Shown: positions 10,934 to 25,174 of the stretch, in pieces | Layout of the letters: every line of letters starts with the position of its first letter | How positions within the stretch are numbered: position 1 is the first letter of the stretch | Origin: Nemertoderma westbladi | Lineage: Eukaryota > Animalia > Xenacoelomorpha | Reading direction: 5' to 3' | Assembly (NCBI GenBank): GCA_032718475.1 | Contig: JAUCBJ010000522.1 | Location: 1-56,504 of the forward strand | DNA: 56,504 bases | Notes under the pieces: generated by a model | Told to the model about the DNA's origin: nothing | Seen by the model: only the letters and a program-made list of their open reading frames with translations | The model's database searches: none | Position numbers and translations under genes: made by a program

Positions 10934-12517
10934 ATGGCAACTATGAGAAGCGTTCCAACTGACTCTCCTCCTCCAATCAATCCCGAGAGAGGTTATGTCA
11001 ACAATCCACCGGTGGATGCGGCACGAATCCACCATGGAACTTTCCAAAATCAACTAGAACGAGTGGCCAACAATCTAAATCGACGCGACATTCGACGCAT
11101 GAAGTTCTTGTGTTCCGATAAAATCTATGAAAGCAGACTGGAAGAAATTGACTCGGGAAAGAAACTGCTCCAAGAACTCTGTCGAATAGGGCTCATTGAT
11201 GAGAATAACACGGAATTTTTGGAGATTCTCCTGTACATGGTGGTACGAATGGACCTACTTCAAATATTCAATACGGATCGTCTAAAAATACAATACAAAA
11301 TCCATCAGAATCCCTTCACCCACATCTCGCCATATCGGGCGCTGCTTTACGAGGTTATTAAAGATTTTACCAAAAAGGATTTTAATGATTTCAAGTGTCT
11401 GACGTGGAATTCCGTAACACCTCGCTGTGATTGGGATCAGGTTTCCGATACTATAGGACTTATACGCATTCTAGAAAAGTCTAGAATCATTAGCGAGAAG
11501 GATGTCTCTGTCTTGGCTGATTTTGTTGGCGCAAACGCTCATCTAAGACAGACACAAATTAAAGTGGACAAATATATCGGAAGTGTATGGTTCGCAAAAC
11601 TTCATGAGAGTTTTGTTGTCAGTGAATTGGGGCAATCGTATCAAGAGGAGACGCAAGAAAGATACAATCACACTGCGCCTACGCTAGGGGCCAGTGAATC
11701 ATTGGTCAAAAATGAAATATTTGGAGACAAATATCAGGTTGCAGATAGGCAATCTGTACAGGAGGATATGGCTTCCTCCAGCGAAGGACCAGATCTTCAA
11801 TATGATATGTCCAAAAGGCCTCATGGATTGTGTCTTATTATAAACAATTACCACTTTACGAAAACAAATCACGATGACGAAAATCTGGAGGATAGAACGG
11901 GAAGCGAGGAAGATGTCAAAAGCCTGGAGAATACGTTCAGAAATCTTGGTTACAAGGTGGCAATTAGACTCGACTTGACAGCGGAGAACCTCTACAGCGT
12001 TCTATATTATACCTCCCGGGAACCATATCACAAAGATTGCGACTCGTTTATTTGTTTCATAATGACACACGGAAAGGATGGCTTCCTATTTGGAACTGAC
12101 AGTATACCCATTGAATACTCTCAACTAACCACCCACTTCCAGGCCACAGTTTGTCCTCAATTGGCGTGGAAACCAAAAATGTTCTTTTTCCAGGCTTGCA
12201 TGGGGCTGAAGTCTATGGAGAGCGCGAAATTGCCTCCGACTGACAGCATCGGGGCCCCATCGCATTACGTCGCCTCGGAGCAGGACTTCCTAATCGCCCA
12301 TTCGACCACGCCTGGTCACTTGTCCTACAGAGGATATTACATAAAGGAGTTGTGTAATTGTATCAACGAGTATGCGAATAAACACGACCTGATTTCGATT
12401 CTGACAGAAGTGAACCGAAGGTTAACTCACATAACTTTCAATGACCTATCCAAACAGGTTTCTCTTCCGGAAACAACGTTAACCAAAAAAGTATTTTTCA
12501 ACCAAACTAATAATTAG
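10934..12517 (+). CDS. Caspase-8/10-like initiator caspase (2 DED + peptidase C14), copy 1, intronless CDS
   Basis: Tandem DED-like segments (MKFLC...LLYMVVRMDLL with RxDL; ISPYRALLYEV...). Caspase motifs: YDMSKRPHGLCLIINN, DRTGS, FIMTHG (catalytic His), KPKMFFFQACMG (catalytic Cys), DFLIAHST, TLTKKVFF. The start is placed at 10934 because the upstream ATG (10838) is followed by a stop in the paralogous copy. Confidence 0.92.
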   Translation: MATMRSVPTDSPPPINPERGYVNNPPVDAARIHHGTFQNQLERVANNLNRRDIRRMKFLCSDKIYESRLEEIDSGKKLLQELCRIGLIDENNTEFLEILLYMVVRMDLLQIFNTDRLKIQYKIHQNPFTHISPYRALLYEVIKDFTKKDFNDFKCLTWNSVTPRCDWDQVSDTIGLIRILEKSRIISEKDVSVLADFVGANAHLRQTQIKVDKYIGSVWFAKLHESFVVSELGQSYQEETQERYNHTAPTLGASESLVKNEIFGDKYQVADRQSVQEDMASSSEGPDLQYDMSKRPHGLCLIINNYHFTKTNHDDENLEDRTGSEEDVKSLENTFRNLGYKVAIRLDLTAENLYSVLYYTSREPYHKDCDSFICFIMTHGKDGFLFGTDSIPIEYSQLTTHFQATVCPQLAWKPKMFFFQACMGLKSMESAKLPPTDSIGAPSHYVASEQDFLIAHSTTPGHLSYRGYYIKELCNCINEYANKHDLISILTEVNRRLTHITFNDLSKQVSLPETTLTKKVFFNQTNN

Positions 12518-12629
12518 ATATTTGACACGAAATTGAATTACTTGTATTTTTATCATTATCGAGACTGTATTACTTACTGTATTATACATTTACCCAACTA
12601 TTTAATATGTTATTCCTTTCATATGAAGT

Positions 12630-13850
12630 TAATGGAGGGGGGGGGGGGGGGGGGGGTATGTAATTGACCATACATTTTTGAAATGTGAAGTCGATATCAA
12701 TTAAAAGTTTAATTATCAACAAATTTTGACAGGATGAGTAGAAAGGGTGATAATTTGCAAAAAAAAAATTTAATTTCAAAATTTAATTTTTTTTTTAATT
12801 ACAAAAAGTAAAAGAAGTGCTAAAACTTTTTAAAAATTACCAGAATTTGTAAATATTTCACAGAAACAGTTAGTGTAATGCTCCAAACAAGTTGTACAGA
12901 CAGAATTTTGATATCTGTTCGGGAAGTACAAAAAGCACCAAAACGCACAATTTTAGCACCAAAATATAGAAAATGTTCAAAAATAGGTAATAATATGGCA
13001 AACTTAGGTTTCAAAATTCTGTCTGTACCAATTGTTAAGTATATGATATGGATTGATTGTGCAAAAAATCAGATCAGTGGCCACATTTTTTATGAAGTTA
13101 TAGCGTTTTTCATTTGAAAATTGTTGTTTTGAGAAAAATAGGTTTAAAGTTTATGAACATATTTCTAACACAAACGCATTTTTCTCTCGTCAGTCAAATT
13201 ATTTAAAAGCTCACCGACTAGATAAAATTTTCGCAAGGGGGGTTTTCAAAGTCGCTGATATCATTTCTGAGGTCACTTTAAATGTATGACTGAGCCTAAT
13301 CTGTCCGTATGTCAGTCAGTCTGTCTCTGGGTCGTGTTGTCTGTCCAAGGTTTTGTCTGTTAATATATAAGAACATACAATAATAATAATACAAAGCTTC
13401 CCAAAGTAGCTAAAATATTTCCTACATATTTTCCTGGTCGCTGATTTCATTTCCGATGCCTATTTTTACTTTTAATTAAATGTATTCTGTCTGCACGTTT
13501 GTCTGTCGGTCTGTCTGTCTTGGCAGACAGGTTGTCGGAACGACAGACAGACATAATAGTTTTCGATAAAAGTGAATACTGACATCAAAAATGAAATCAG
13601 CATCCAGGAACACCCCATAGCAAAATATTTGGCTAGGTGGTATGCTGTCCTTATATTTTGACAGACATACCATCTGATATACAAGGACCGACATACCGAT
13701 ACACACAAAGTGATATCAAATCAAAATTGCAAATAGTAGGTCTACCAATCGATGGCAAATTTTATCAGTTATCGGTGATATAACTAACTCATTTTTTCAA
13801 AAACTCGAGATAGCGCGTTTTAATTGCCATGCAACGCTTGGTTAAACAAT
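12630..13850. mobile_element. Degenerate non-autonomous DNA-transposon-like repeat
   Basis: Starts ttaatgg(G)n, like 17990 (ttaagagg(G)n). 13570-13680 is an inverted homologue of 18170-18270. It interrupts the 3' homology between the two caspase copies. Ends are approximate. Confidence 0.45.
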
Positions 13851-15092
13851 AGGAGACACGTATTATGTGCGGTTTATAGCCAATGTTTATACTGTATAAT
13901 AATTTAGTGTATATTCAATAAATTATTTGTATTTCAAATATAAAATTAAATGACCTCGCTGTTTACGGGAAATTCAACTATATCTCATATATTAATTATA
14001 AATGTTATAAAGCTGTTACACAAGCCTGTTACGTAGGCCTATCCAGGGGCATACAGATTAAATAAAACAGAAAGACTACTAATCAGAAATAAATTAGAAA
14101 AAAACAATTTACAATTTCGAGATTTAGAACCGAATTATCCCGGACAATATTAAAGGGATCGAACTGTCCTTCTATAATGAAGTTATCTTATCAGTTATCT
14201 ACTACAACTGTACAATGTAAGGCCTATATGTCATAGTAGATACCTGCCAATGTATTACCTCCAAAGGATTACAATAATAATAAAACATTGAGAAGGTTTT
14301 CGTTTCAGACATATATTTCGCCCCCTAAAGGCAGACTGGTCAGTGTCCTACACAAATACGCAGTCTATGGTGTAATAGATCTCTGTCAAGTATCAGCTAA
14401 AAGGCATTATAAATAACGAAATGGTGTTCAACTTTCAGACATTTCGCCCCCTAGCATTAGACTGGAGACATGCAGACTGGTCAGTGTGTTTCCACTAAAC
14501 CTATGGTCAGGTATATCTGCAAGGTTTCAGTTAGAACAGACTGAGTGAGTCTCATGGTGCAACTGCTACAGTAGTTTCCTGCCTGCTGAACAGCAATTTG
14601 ACCGAAAACGACTACAAAATAGCCCAATTTGACCACAAATACGCATTTAACGCATACAACAATTAGCCTTAATATAACGGCGGTTCACTCACGTGGTTAG
14701 GACGGTCTGCGTATATGCGCTTGATAGAGACAATGCATATATATATATTAGATTATATTAGTTAAGAAGTTCTGCTCAACCGACAGTTTAAATTGTACCC
14801 TTGCTATATTGATGTGGTAGGGGGACGTAATAACCTTAACGGGACATGATTTTGCCTGCCACCCACCAGTATCCACATTCCACACACATTAAAGTTCAAT
14901 ATGGGGTTAAACAATAATGAAGTAACTATGTATTTAGACATTGTAATATTAATAAAGTTACCTATAACGGATGCTTGCGAGAAATATAACAATGTAGTAG
15001 CAATGAAAACTGGCGAAATCCCTCAATCCTTCTGGAATTCTATGGGTTTCGAAGATCGCCGTTGGATAAAGGCTAACAACCCACTGCGACTG

Positions 15093-16138
15093 GCGTGTGC
15101 GGTACTTTGTTGGAACAAAGTTCGCATCTATTGGAACAAAGTTCGCATCTATTGGAACAAAGTTCGCATCTATTGGAACAAAGTTCGCAACCATTGGAAC
15201 AAAGTTCGCATCTATTGGAACAAAGTTCACATCTATTGGAACAAAGTTCGCAACCATTGGAACAAAGTTCGCATCTATTGGAACAAAGTTTGCAACCATT
15301 GGAACAAAGTTCGCATCTATTGGAACAAAGTTCGCATCTATTGTAACAAAGATCGCATCTATTGGAACAAAGTTCGCATCTATTGGAACAAAGTTCGAAT
15401 CTATTGGAACAAAGTTTGCATCTATTGGAACAAAGTTCGCCTGTATTGGAACAAAGTTCGCATCTATTGGAACAAAGTTCGCATCTATTGGAACAAAGTT
15501 CGAATCTATTGGAACAAAGTTTGCATCTATTGGAACAAAGTTCGCCTGTATTGGAACAAAGTTCGCATCTATTGGAACAAAGTTCGCATCTATTGGAACA
15601 AAGTTCGCCTGTATTGGAACAAAGTTCGCATCTATTGGAACAAAGTTCGCATCTATTGGAACAAAGTTCGAATCTATTGGAACAAAGTTTGCATCTATTG
15701 GAACAAAGTTCGCATCTATTGGAACAAAGTTCGCAACCATTGGAACAAAGTTCGCATCTATTGGAACAAAGTTCGCATCTATTGGAACAAAGTTCGCAAC
15801 CATTGGAACAAAGTTCGCATCTATTGGAACAAAGTTCGCAACCATTGGAACAAAGTTCGCATCTATTGGAACAAAGTTCGCAACCATTGGAACAAAGTTC
15901 GCATCTATTGGAACAAAGTTCGCAACCATTGGAACAAAGTTCGCATCTATTGGAACAAAGTTCGCATCTATTGGACAAAGTTCGCATCTATTGGAACAAA
16001 GTTCGCATCTATTGGAACAAAGTTCGCATCTATTAGAACAAAGTTCGCAACCATTGGAACAAAGTTCGCATCTATTGGAACAAAGTTCGCATCTATTGGA
16101 ACAAAGTTCGCGTCTATTGGAACAAAGTTCGCGTAACC
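15093..16138. repeat. 21-bp tandem array (TTGGAACAAAGTTCGCATCTA, ~48 copies), probably an internally deleted foldback-type element
   Basis: Unit directly visible at 15110-16132. Flanked by the near-direct repeat CTGCGACTG (15084-15092) / CTGCGACCG (16139-16147). The unit and termini resemble the element at 27022-28980. Confidence 0.9.
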
Positions 16139-16550
16139 CTGCGACCGGTGGTTCTGTTCGGCGGATATGTACGACAGCTGCTTACTATTTCTGGTAAGCA
16201 CAAGCAATTGGCGTTTAAGTTGGTCATTTGAAAGTTAGGGGAGGGGGGGGGGGGGGGGGGGGGAGTTTATTTGTAAGAGTTTATACAGTACGGTCAATAC
16301 CTTATAGGAACGTCGAATATCGCGTTTATTGGAGTCCCACAATAAAATAATAATTAAAAAGTTGACTGTTAGACGTTGTCAGGTATATTTACATAGAAGT
16401 TCGGTAAAATTTAATAAGATACCTAAAGAGCACATAGAGTGACTGACTGACTGTAGGTTTATCTTCGCATTCAGTCCCAGTATTCGATGGTTGTACGAGT
16501 GTTACTGCCCTACAATATAGGAGCTCATAGAGGAAATAAAGTTGAGTTTA

Positions 16551-16779
16551 TTACGCGTAGTAATTAAGGTTAGCCTTTTTCTTGGCCTGTACTTCCATGA
16601 TGCCATCCATAAAGTCCTCGTGAGTTAGTTCGGTTGCTTCTCTACGCAGAGCAAGCATTCCCGCTTCAACGCACACCGCCTTACATTGGGCCCCATTAAA
16701 ATCGTCGGTACATCGCGCTAATTCCTCAAAGTTGACGTTGGCATTCACATTCATCTTTCTGCTGTGTATCTGCATTATT
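16551..16779 (-). CDS. PSMC3: 26S proteasome regulatory ATPase 6A / Rpt5, last coding exon
   Basis: [11 protein letters not shown]...[21 protein letters not shown]...[10 protein letters not shown]. Acceptor ttcctag; phase matches the previous exon (AG|A, Arg). Confidence 0.97.
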
Positions 16780-17029
16780 CTAGGAAACATATAAATATTT
16801 ACATAAAACCCACGATTAGTAATGTAATCGACGTTTAGATTGGACTTAATTCTTATAAATGTGATTAAAAGTCTTATAGGCAACTTATTTTACTAAAATT
16901 GGCGGATTTTTAACTTTCAAATATACTTATTGCTTATTTCACTCCGATCATCAGTCAGCCAACGCAATTCGTTCCATTTCTGGTATTTAGAGGCATGGCT
17001 CTCACTGTATATAACCTGCTTCTCACGTC

Positions 17030-17983
<954 letters not shown>

Positions 17984-18570
17984 TTAAATTTAAGAGGGGA
18001 GTGGGGGGGGGGGGGGGGGGGGGGGTCAAAATTTCATATTTTCAATAGTTCAGATATTTATGAGGGTTTCAAAACTTCAAACAGTTTATTAGTAGATAAT
18101 GTAGTTCAAAAGTTACGAATGACGATGTTAACCTTACCCTGTGTTGTAAGTGTCTGTGAAAACTGTCTGTTACTGACGGTTTGTATGACAAAATATAAGG
18201 ACATCTCACCACTAAGCTTAAATTTTGTGGCTTTCCCGGTCGCTGAGTTTATTTCGATATCAGTTTTCACATTTAACAAAGTCTATTTTCGTCGTCCGCC
18301 AGTCCTTTCCACAAATGAACGCATTCACGTAAAATTTGGCATGAATGATTAAACTTTTCCCAGTCATTAAGCATCACCCAGTCATCATTATGATGACTGG
18401 GTGATACTAAATACACGTAAAAAATTGAAAATTTTTTGAGCCAATTTGTTTTGTGTATCAATAAAATTGGATAAAAAAAAACTAAATAAGGGAATGAAAA
18501 GAAATAAGATGTTTTCCCTTCCGCCAACATTCGAATGAACAAAATTAAGTAATTCAGAGACATCCATTTA

Positions 18571-18798
<228 letters not shown>

Positions 18799-19141
18799 TT
18801 ATGCAGTTAAATTAAAGTTAAATTTGGGGAATAATTGGGTTATCTTGAAGACGTTTTCACCTATATAGAAAGGAATGAAGGGGAATAATATTAAATACTG
18901 TTGTTAATAATAGCCTTACATATTTAATTTGATGCAGGAAAAGTTAATTTTTTTCCCACTATTCTCGAGTTATTACGTTTACCGAACGCCAGTGAGTACT
19001 TCTTTATCACATTGTGACTAACTCAATATTGTATTCGTTTATAGTTACGGCAGTTAATGGGAAATGAAATAGTATAAATTTTTCTTGACACCATTAAATT
19101 AACTCTACCTTACCCTGTATGTATGTATGTATACGTCGTAC

Positions 19142-19295
19142 CTGGCCAGTAATGTTTTCCCCGTTCCGGGCGGCCCGTAAAGTAACACGCCTTTAGGTGG
19201 TTCTATCCCGATGGTTTCAAAGCGTTCTTTATGAGTCATCGGTAGCACCACTGCCTCGATCAACTCCTGTATCTGTTTATCTAAACCGCCAATAT
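19142..19295 (-). CDS. PSMC3: PSMC3/Rpt5 internal exon (Walker A)
   Basis: (D)[21 protein letters not shown]...[19 protein letters not shown](R). Acceptor tttcag, donor gtacga, 154 bp. Confidence 0.97.
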
Positions 19296-19719
19296 CTGAA
19301 AGCAAAAACGTTGGCATGTTTATTAGATTAAAGGAGTTAAAGTAATGGAAACAATAGAAAATTAAATGTATAATTTAGTTACCATACCCACCCACACCGA
19401 AAAGGTCTGAGTCTACAAATCTTAATGAAATGAAATTTTAAAGATAAAATAGTTGTTTGATAACCAAACATTTTAGAGATTTAGTGAGAAATTGTATTTT
19501 CGCTTTCAAATTCCTTTGACAACCGTTTTAAAGTGGACTCAATCAGCACCAGCACGCATATTTTCATTTAGTTATGAACTACTTATTGTTACCGTTGGAA
19601 AGGTGGCCTTACAAGGATTCCAAATCTGCAATTAATTATACATATCGTTGAGAAGTACCGGAGATATATTATAATAAATAATTCATTTTTTTTATGTAAA
19701 TTTTTTATGTTTTATAAAT

Positions 19720-20450
19720 GGGGCCGTATGCTTAGTTCGTACTAGGGGTAGTCGTAGTTACTAGGGTAGTTCATTCTTCTGCTTAGTTCGTACTAGGGGT
19801 AGTTACTAGGGTAGTTCATTCTTCATACTATGGTAGTTTGAACTAGTTCATATGCTCAGTCACTGACAGTATAGTTTGAACTAGAGTTCGTGATTATTGT
19901 GCTTAGCAAATTCATTAGCAGGCTACCTAAGCTAGTTTGGTCGAATTTATCTAAAAAATTGGCAGCTTTTCTTGATTTAAATGAGACGAATAACAATCTA
20001 CAAACAATAAATGTTCTTGATAACCTCTATTAAATATTACTTTGCCATAGATTAGACAGAAAACTAAAGGAGCTATTCCGGTTCGATAATGCGGGTATTG
20101 AATTCGTCACAGACTTGATTCGATACAACATCACAATCACCATGGACAGCCGAAGACGACTTCCGATTGCTGCATTGCCCACACCTTCCACATTGTACAA
20201 TGCACTGCTTATATCACTGCCAATGAAGTAATCGACAATTTGGCCTCTCTAGTTGGAAAGTTTGTTTATATTCTAACTGATTCTCCAGCAATTCAAATCA
20301 TTCCAAACCAAGTTTTAACAAATATGTAATTTTTCATGAGTTGTTGAGGCAGTAGATGGTACCCATGTATAGGTTATATTCATGGGGCCTCTTATCTACC
20401 TATGTGAGCAGAAAGGGGTTCCTTTCCCATATAATTATTGTAAGTCACTA
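19720..20450 (+). pseudogene. PIF/Harbinger transposase relic
   Basis: Broken frames give RFDNAGIEFVTDLIR (~20080), AVDGTHV (~20349-20369) and YVSRKG (~20401). These match the HARBI1-type GAIDGTH / YxNRKG motifs. A GGGGCCGT-type terminus lies at ~19720. Confidence 0.7.
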
Positions 20451-20991
20451 AAACTATAGGTAGAGGCCTGAATCGGTATATGACAGTGATGACTGCAATG
20501 GTGAGAAAGTGAAAGTAAACATAGTGTAACCTATCTGACAGTGTCTGTAAGTTTCCAAGTATGTACCATTCGAAAATGCGCCCATTCCTTCTGACCGAGT
20601 CTATGTACTTACAAACATTCTAGAATACTGTAAATATAAATATGTTAAAGAATGTTTGATAATTTAATAAATGCAAAAGATCTTGCGCACATCCATGGCA
20701 AACAAACAGGCAACTTTCGAACGCCGTTATTTCAAATATGTTCGAAAATGGTGGCAAAAAAGTGTTAAAAATTGGAAATAGCTGAGATATTGGCATTCGA
20801 ATGTTGTATGTATTTGCTTCCCCTGCCGGCCATTTATTGTATTTAATAAATGTACCATATTCTAGAACATTTTTTTTATTCCATACCTAGCTGGGCAACA
20901 ATGCAATACCTCTTTAATTGTACTATTACGTAGCTATCATGGCGTTCAATACTAGTATAGAACATATAGAACAAGTATATATATTAGCATA

Positions 20992-21735
20992 CTACTACTA
21001 CTACTACTAGGATCGGCATGCTGCATTGCAGCTGCATTTTTAAGAATGCTGTGCCGGCTTGTCAACAAAATTGCACCGCCACAACTCCCTATCACCCATG
21101 ACATTTGCTAGATCATCCGCATCTTTAAGGCCAGTGTCCCTTAAGATGCGTCTCAAGAAAGTCATGGGCTGTCCACCATGCTTATTCACTCCATGAGGCT
21201 GCCAAAGTACAAGATTATGCACTGGCTGGTCCTCACGGCGAAAGCAATGTCCTGCAAAGCGGAGGCGATTTTGTTCTAGTGTCAAGCTTGGGGGAACCAA
21301 TGAGACACCTCCAATGTTATGTAGTGTCTGGTTGGAGATGTGTGCATTGTACATGACACAATGAACCCGGCGTAGCATTCTTGTGAATGTGCCATCCAGA
21401 GATTTGGTGTCCTCAGCAGTTAGAGCCCAGCATGGACTCCCATAGAGGAGTACTGGAACTACTGCTGCTCTAAATAATCGGACCTTAAGTTTCCGATTAA
21501 TTCTCGGTGACTTCCAAATCCTGGAAAGCCTATTCAAGGCTGCCCATGCCTTTCCCTTACGTATTCGAAGGTCCTCACCTGACTTCCGGATCCATGATCC
21601 CAGGTAACAGAAGTCGTCCACATGCTCAAGCATACCATCCTTTGAGCTTATGCTCATCCGATCAGAGACTTGCTGAGGACTTTCAAAGTTAACTGTCAGA
21701 ATTTTGGTCTTTCTGGAGTTAATATTATTATTAAC
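20992..21735 (-). mobile_element. 5'-truncated RTE-like LINE, copy A
   Basis: ORF 21040-21753 has RT C-terminal/thumb motifs (INSRKTK, DDFCYLGS, KAWAALNRLSRIWKS, LLYGSPCW, RLRFAGHC). (TAG)n tail. 9-bp TSD ATTAGCATA at 20983-20991 and 21736-21744. Confidence 0.9.
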
Positions 21736-23299
21736 ATTAGCATAGAACGCCATGGTAGCTATTCATACATAAACAAAATGTTCTAGAATATGGTATTTTT
21801 ATTTAATAGCATAAAATAGCCTCGCGCAGATGCAAAACAATGCAACATTTGAACTCTCATATCTATCTCAGATATTTTTCAACGAAATTCAGATTGTGTT
21901 ACATATTTTGGAATCCGTACATGGCGAGCTTTCCATCAGCACCAACAAATCACTATAAGGTAGAAGAATAACTGCGGTGTAACTTGTGCCATATCGCCGG
22001 GGACACCTTTTCCAAACGCTTGTAGCTAAAGATTGAAAGCAAAAATAAAAATTCTGGCTCACCCAGCAAGGAGGAGGGAGGTGAAACTATTTATGTTTCA
22101 TATTGCATGAATCTCATTAAGATTTGTAGAATTTTTTTTTTTTTTTGGGGGGGGGGGGGGGTTACCCGAATAACGACACTATATTCCACGACATGGTGTA
22201 TAAATGTATTGCTTCGTTAATTCGTTAGATGCGAGCGGCAATTGTTGTTGCTATGATACTTTCACAACAATTCACAACCTTGTTAAAATTTCGAATTTAA
22301 TGGGGATTTCAAATCTGAAAACCACATAGAGAGATTTCATTCAGTTCTCGAATTATCGTGGAATATCTGTCTGGCAATCTGTGCCAAAAAGTTCCCAAGA
22401 AGTTTTCACATTTTTATTTTTACTTTAGTTCATTCTCCTTTCGATGGTATATCGTTTTCTATGCATTTTTCAAGCACATTGGAGATATAAACAAATAAAA
22501 AACATTAACCCCCCCCCCCCCCAATAATGTTCTAGAATTTTTGGATTAGCTAGTCCTAGTGTTATTAAAAACAAAAATTCACAAATATTGGTTTTTGAAA
22601 AATGTTCCAAAACACGTTCTAGATTTGGGAAATTCAATCTTTCCACGGTAGCCAGTATTTTTAAAAGTACCAGCTATTTTGAAAAATTATTTTTATTTTT
22701 CAATGTTAATTTAAATAATATCGTCTGAGTCACAACATAGGGCATTACTTCACCTTGGGTACGAATATGAAAAAGTATGAAAATGGTTTTATTAGCTAGT
22801 GGTAAAATTTTTTATTGAAAATATGAAGCTTTTTAACCAATTTCTTCATATGAAAATGGCTTTTATCATGAGGTTTTTCGTTTTAGAACAAATTTTGTGT
22901 GAGGTAGTAAGTAGCTAGTAGTACTTTTATTAGTTGGTAAAAAAATTTAAATTATAATTTACATACTACTCAATTAAATTTGTCTGAAATAATTGATGAG
23001 CATGTAGCTAGCAACTTTTATTAGATAGTCAGGATAGCTAGTGATTATTTATTAGCTAGTTTTTTTTATACAAAATATAGAGATGGCTGTCAAAATACAG
23101 TTTATGGCCAACTATTCTGAAATTTAAATAATATACATTTTTTTATTTTAACAATTAATTTTATTTAATACGTATTACGAACCCTGATTTTCGTAATTGA
23201 TAGATACCAATTATATCATGTTCTAGAACATAAAAAAAAATAGCAAAAACTAGCTATCAACAAAATTGGTCTATGGGTAAGGTGTTAATGCCTAACTTA

Positions 23300-23700
23300 G
23301 TACCAGTACTCCTCCATGGGAGTCCATGCCGGGCTCTAGCTGCTGATGACACCACATCTCTGGATGGCACATTCACAAGAAGAACGCTTAAGTCGGGTTC
23401 ACTGTGTCAAGTAAAATGCACACGTATCCAACCAGATACTATATAACAATGGAGGCGTCTCATTGGTTCTCCAAAAGTTGACACTTGAACAAGACAGCCT
23501 CCGCTTTGCAGGACATTTCTTTCGCCGTGAGGACCAGCCTGTGCAACAATCTTGTCCACTGGCAACCCCATGGACAAAATAAACATGGTGGACAGCCAAT
23601 GACTTTCTTGAGACGCCTGCACAAGGCCAGGACACCAGCCTTGAAGATGCGGATACTCTCGCGAAAGTCATGGTGGCGGTTGCAACTTTGTTGATAAGCC
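23300..23700 (+). mobile_element. Degenerate fragment of the same LINE family
   Basis: ccagtactcctc..tgggagtccatgc...ctctggatggcacattcacaaga...aaacatggtggacagcc aligns with copies A and B, with indels. Confidence 0.8.
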
Positions 23701-25174
23701 TACATAGGTCCTGCTGACCACGTTTATAAAGTTTCAACCCAATTCCCCAACTGTGTGCGACATGAGATAAGTGGAAAACATATATCCCACGGATTTTAAA
23801 TTTATATGAGAATTTTACTTGAAAAGTAACCTTTTGAGATTACTTGTGTTCACATCAAACAGAAGTAAACACTTGAGTTTTATTCAAATCAGACAGAAAA
23901 CACTTCACTCTACACTTCACTTTATTTTTATTCAAGCAAACAATAAAGATTTTTGAAGTGTTGCCGGCAATCCTCAATCAACTTGTGTGGAGATGGACGC
24001 CACATGTTACATCACCAACTCCCCCAAAATAGTCACCGAATAATTGCGAGTGGGGAGAACTTTAATGGTAATGCAAATCTTAGAGAAAAAACCAGCATTG
24101 GTTGGACATCCATTTATTCCCCTGGATATGTCTAAGATATGATTCAGAACTTTTGGGCTTCCCCATCACAATAATAATACACCAAATATTCACAAATGGG
24201 TAATACATATATATAAAATTAGTATTTTACTTTATATGGTTGCTGACTTTACTTTATGTGATTTTGGCCTACTCTTATCTAATTTTGATACCCGTTTGTC
24301 CAGTCAGTGTCTGAGTGCTAATCATGCCCAGTGAGGCTCAACTACTACCAGCGCTTTCCGAGTCCCTTTCAGGCTCGTAATCACGTCTGGCCGCAGAAGA
24401 CCACCCAGTAGTCGGTCAATCCTTTGCATGACCGTCCACCCCCTTTCCAGGATCGGTAATCAGGAATGCAAGACGGCTTGGCTCAGGAGTCTGTCGGTTC
24501 CTCCTCAGGACTACTGCTACCAATGCTTTCGGAGTCCTATTCAGGCTCGTAGTAGCACAGGCGACAGAGGCCACTCAGGACAGTCCCAAGTCCCAGCTCG
24601 TCGCAATTTACCAATCCATGTTCCCTTTCAGGCGCAGTAGGAGAGGAAGTCAGCTCCGGGTTTTGGCAATCAGGCTATGCCTGAACCCTATGGTGCCCCT
24701 TTATCACAAAAGAACGACATTTTATGCCATCACCATCAGTCAAATATTAATTGGCCCGTGTCTGAGTTTTCGGGGGCCTAGAAGTCCGGAGTTTTTTTTG
24801 TTGGGGGGTACCCTGAACTTATTAGATTATTCATTTCAATTTAGTTTTAAGTCTGCATTAACCCAGATAAGAAATTCAAAATAACGCCAACATGAAGTGT
24901 ATGCAAGTGTTTACTTGAAGAGAAAGTGTTTACTTGTTTTTATTCAAACCACCCAACGGTTATCATGTTGTAATTACCCCATCCTCAAAACAGTCTTTAT
25001 TCATGTGATGATTTTAAGTTTATTTTGTTAAGACTGTAGTTTGGAATCAAATCATTTTATTCATTAATATAATATGAGTGTACATAAAATACTAAAACTA
25101 ATAAGCATTTTTCGTTGTTCGTTTTTGGTCTCAATAAGACATTGTTTAAACAACATCTACGTCATCGTATTGTC

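Noticed and set aside
15110-16132. CRISPR-like appearance of the regular arrays
   Set aside because: Head-to-tail units with no unique spacers, no cas genes, and a spliceosomal eukaryotic context.
14901-16207. Long ORFs in nearly all frames (YWNKVRI, ASIGTKF, LEQSSHL repeats), also at 27596-28821
   Set aside because: By-product of a largely stop-free 21-bp unit in a transposon-derived array; no unique coding context.
21690-21735. Identical 5' truncation of LINE copies A and B
   Set aside because: Copy A extends ~35 bp further (INSRKTK) and the TSDs differ, so these are independent insertions.
23990-24880. Possible LTR remnant (minus-strand TGTAACA followed by TGGCGTCC; ~170-bp internal duplication at 24340/24510)
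   Set aside because: No second LTR, TSD or coding motif found; too weak to annotate.
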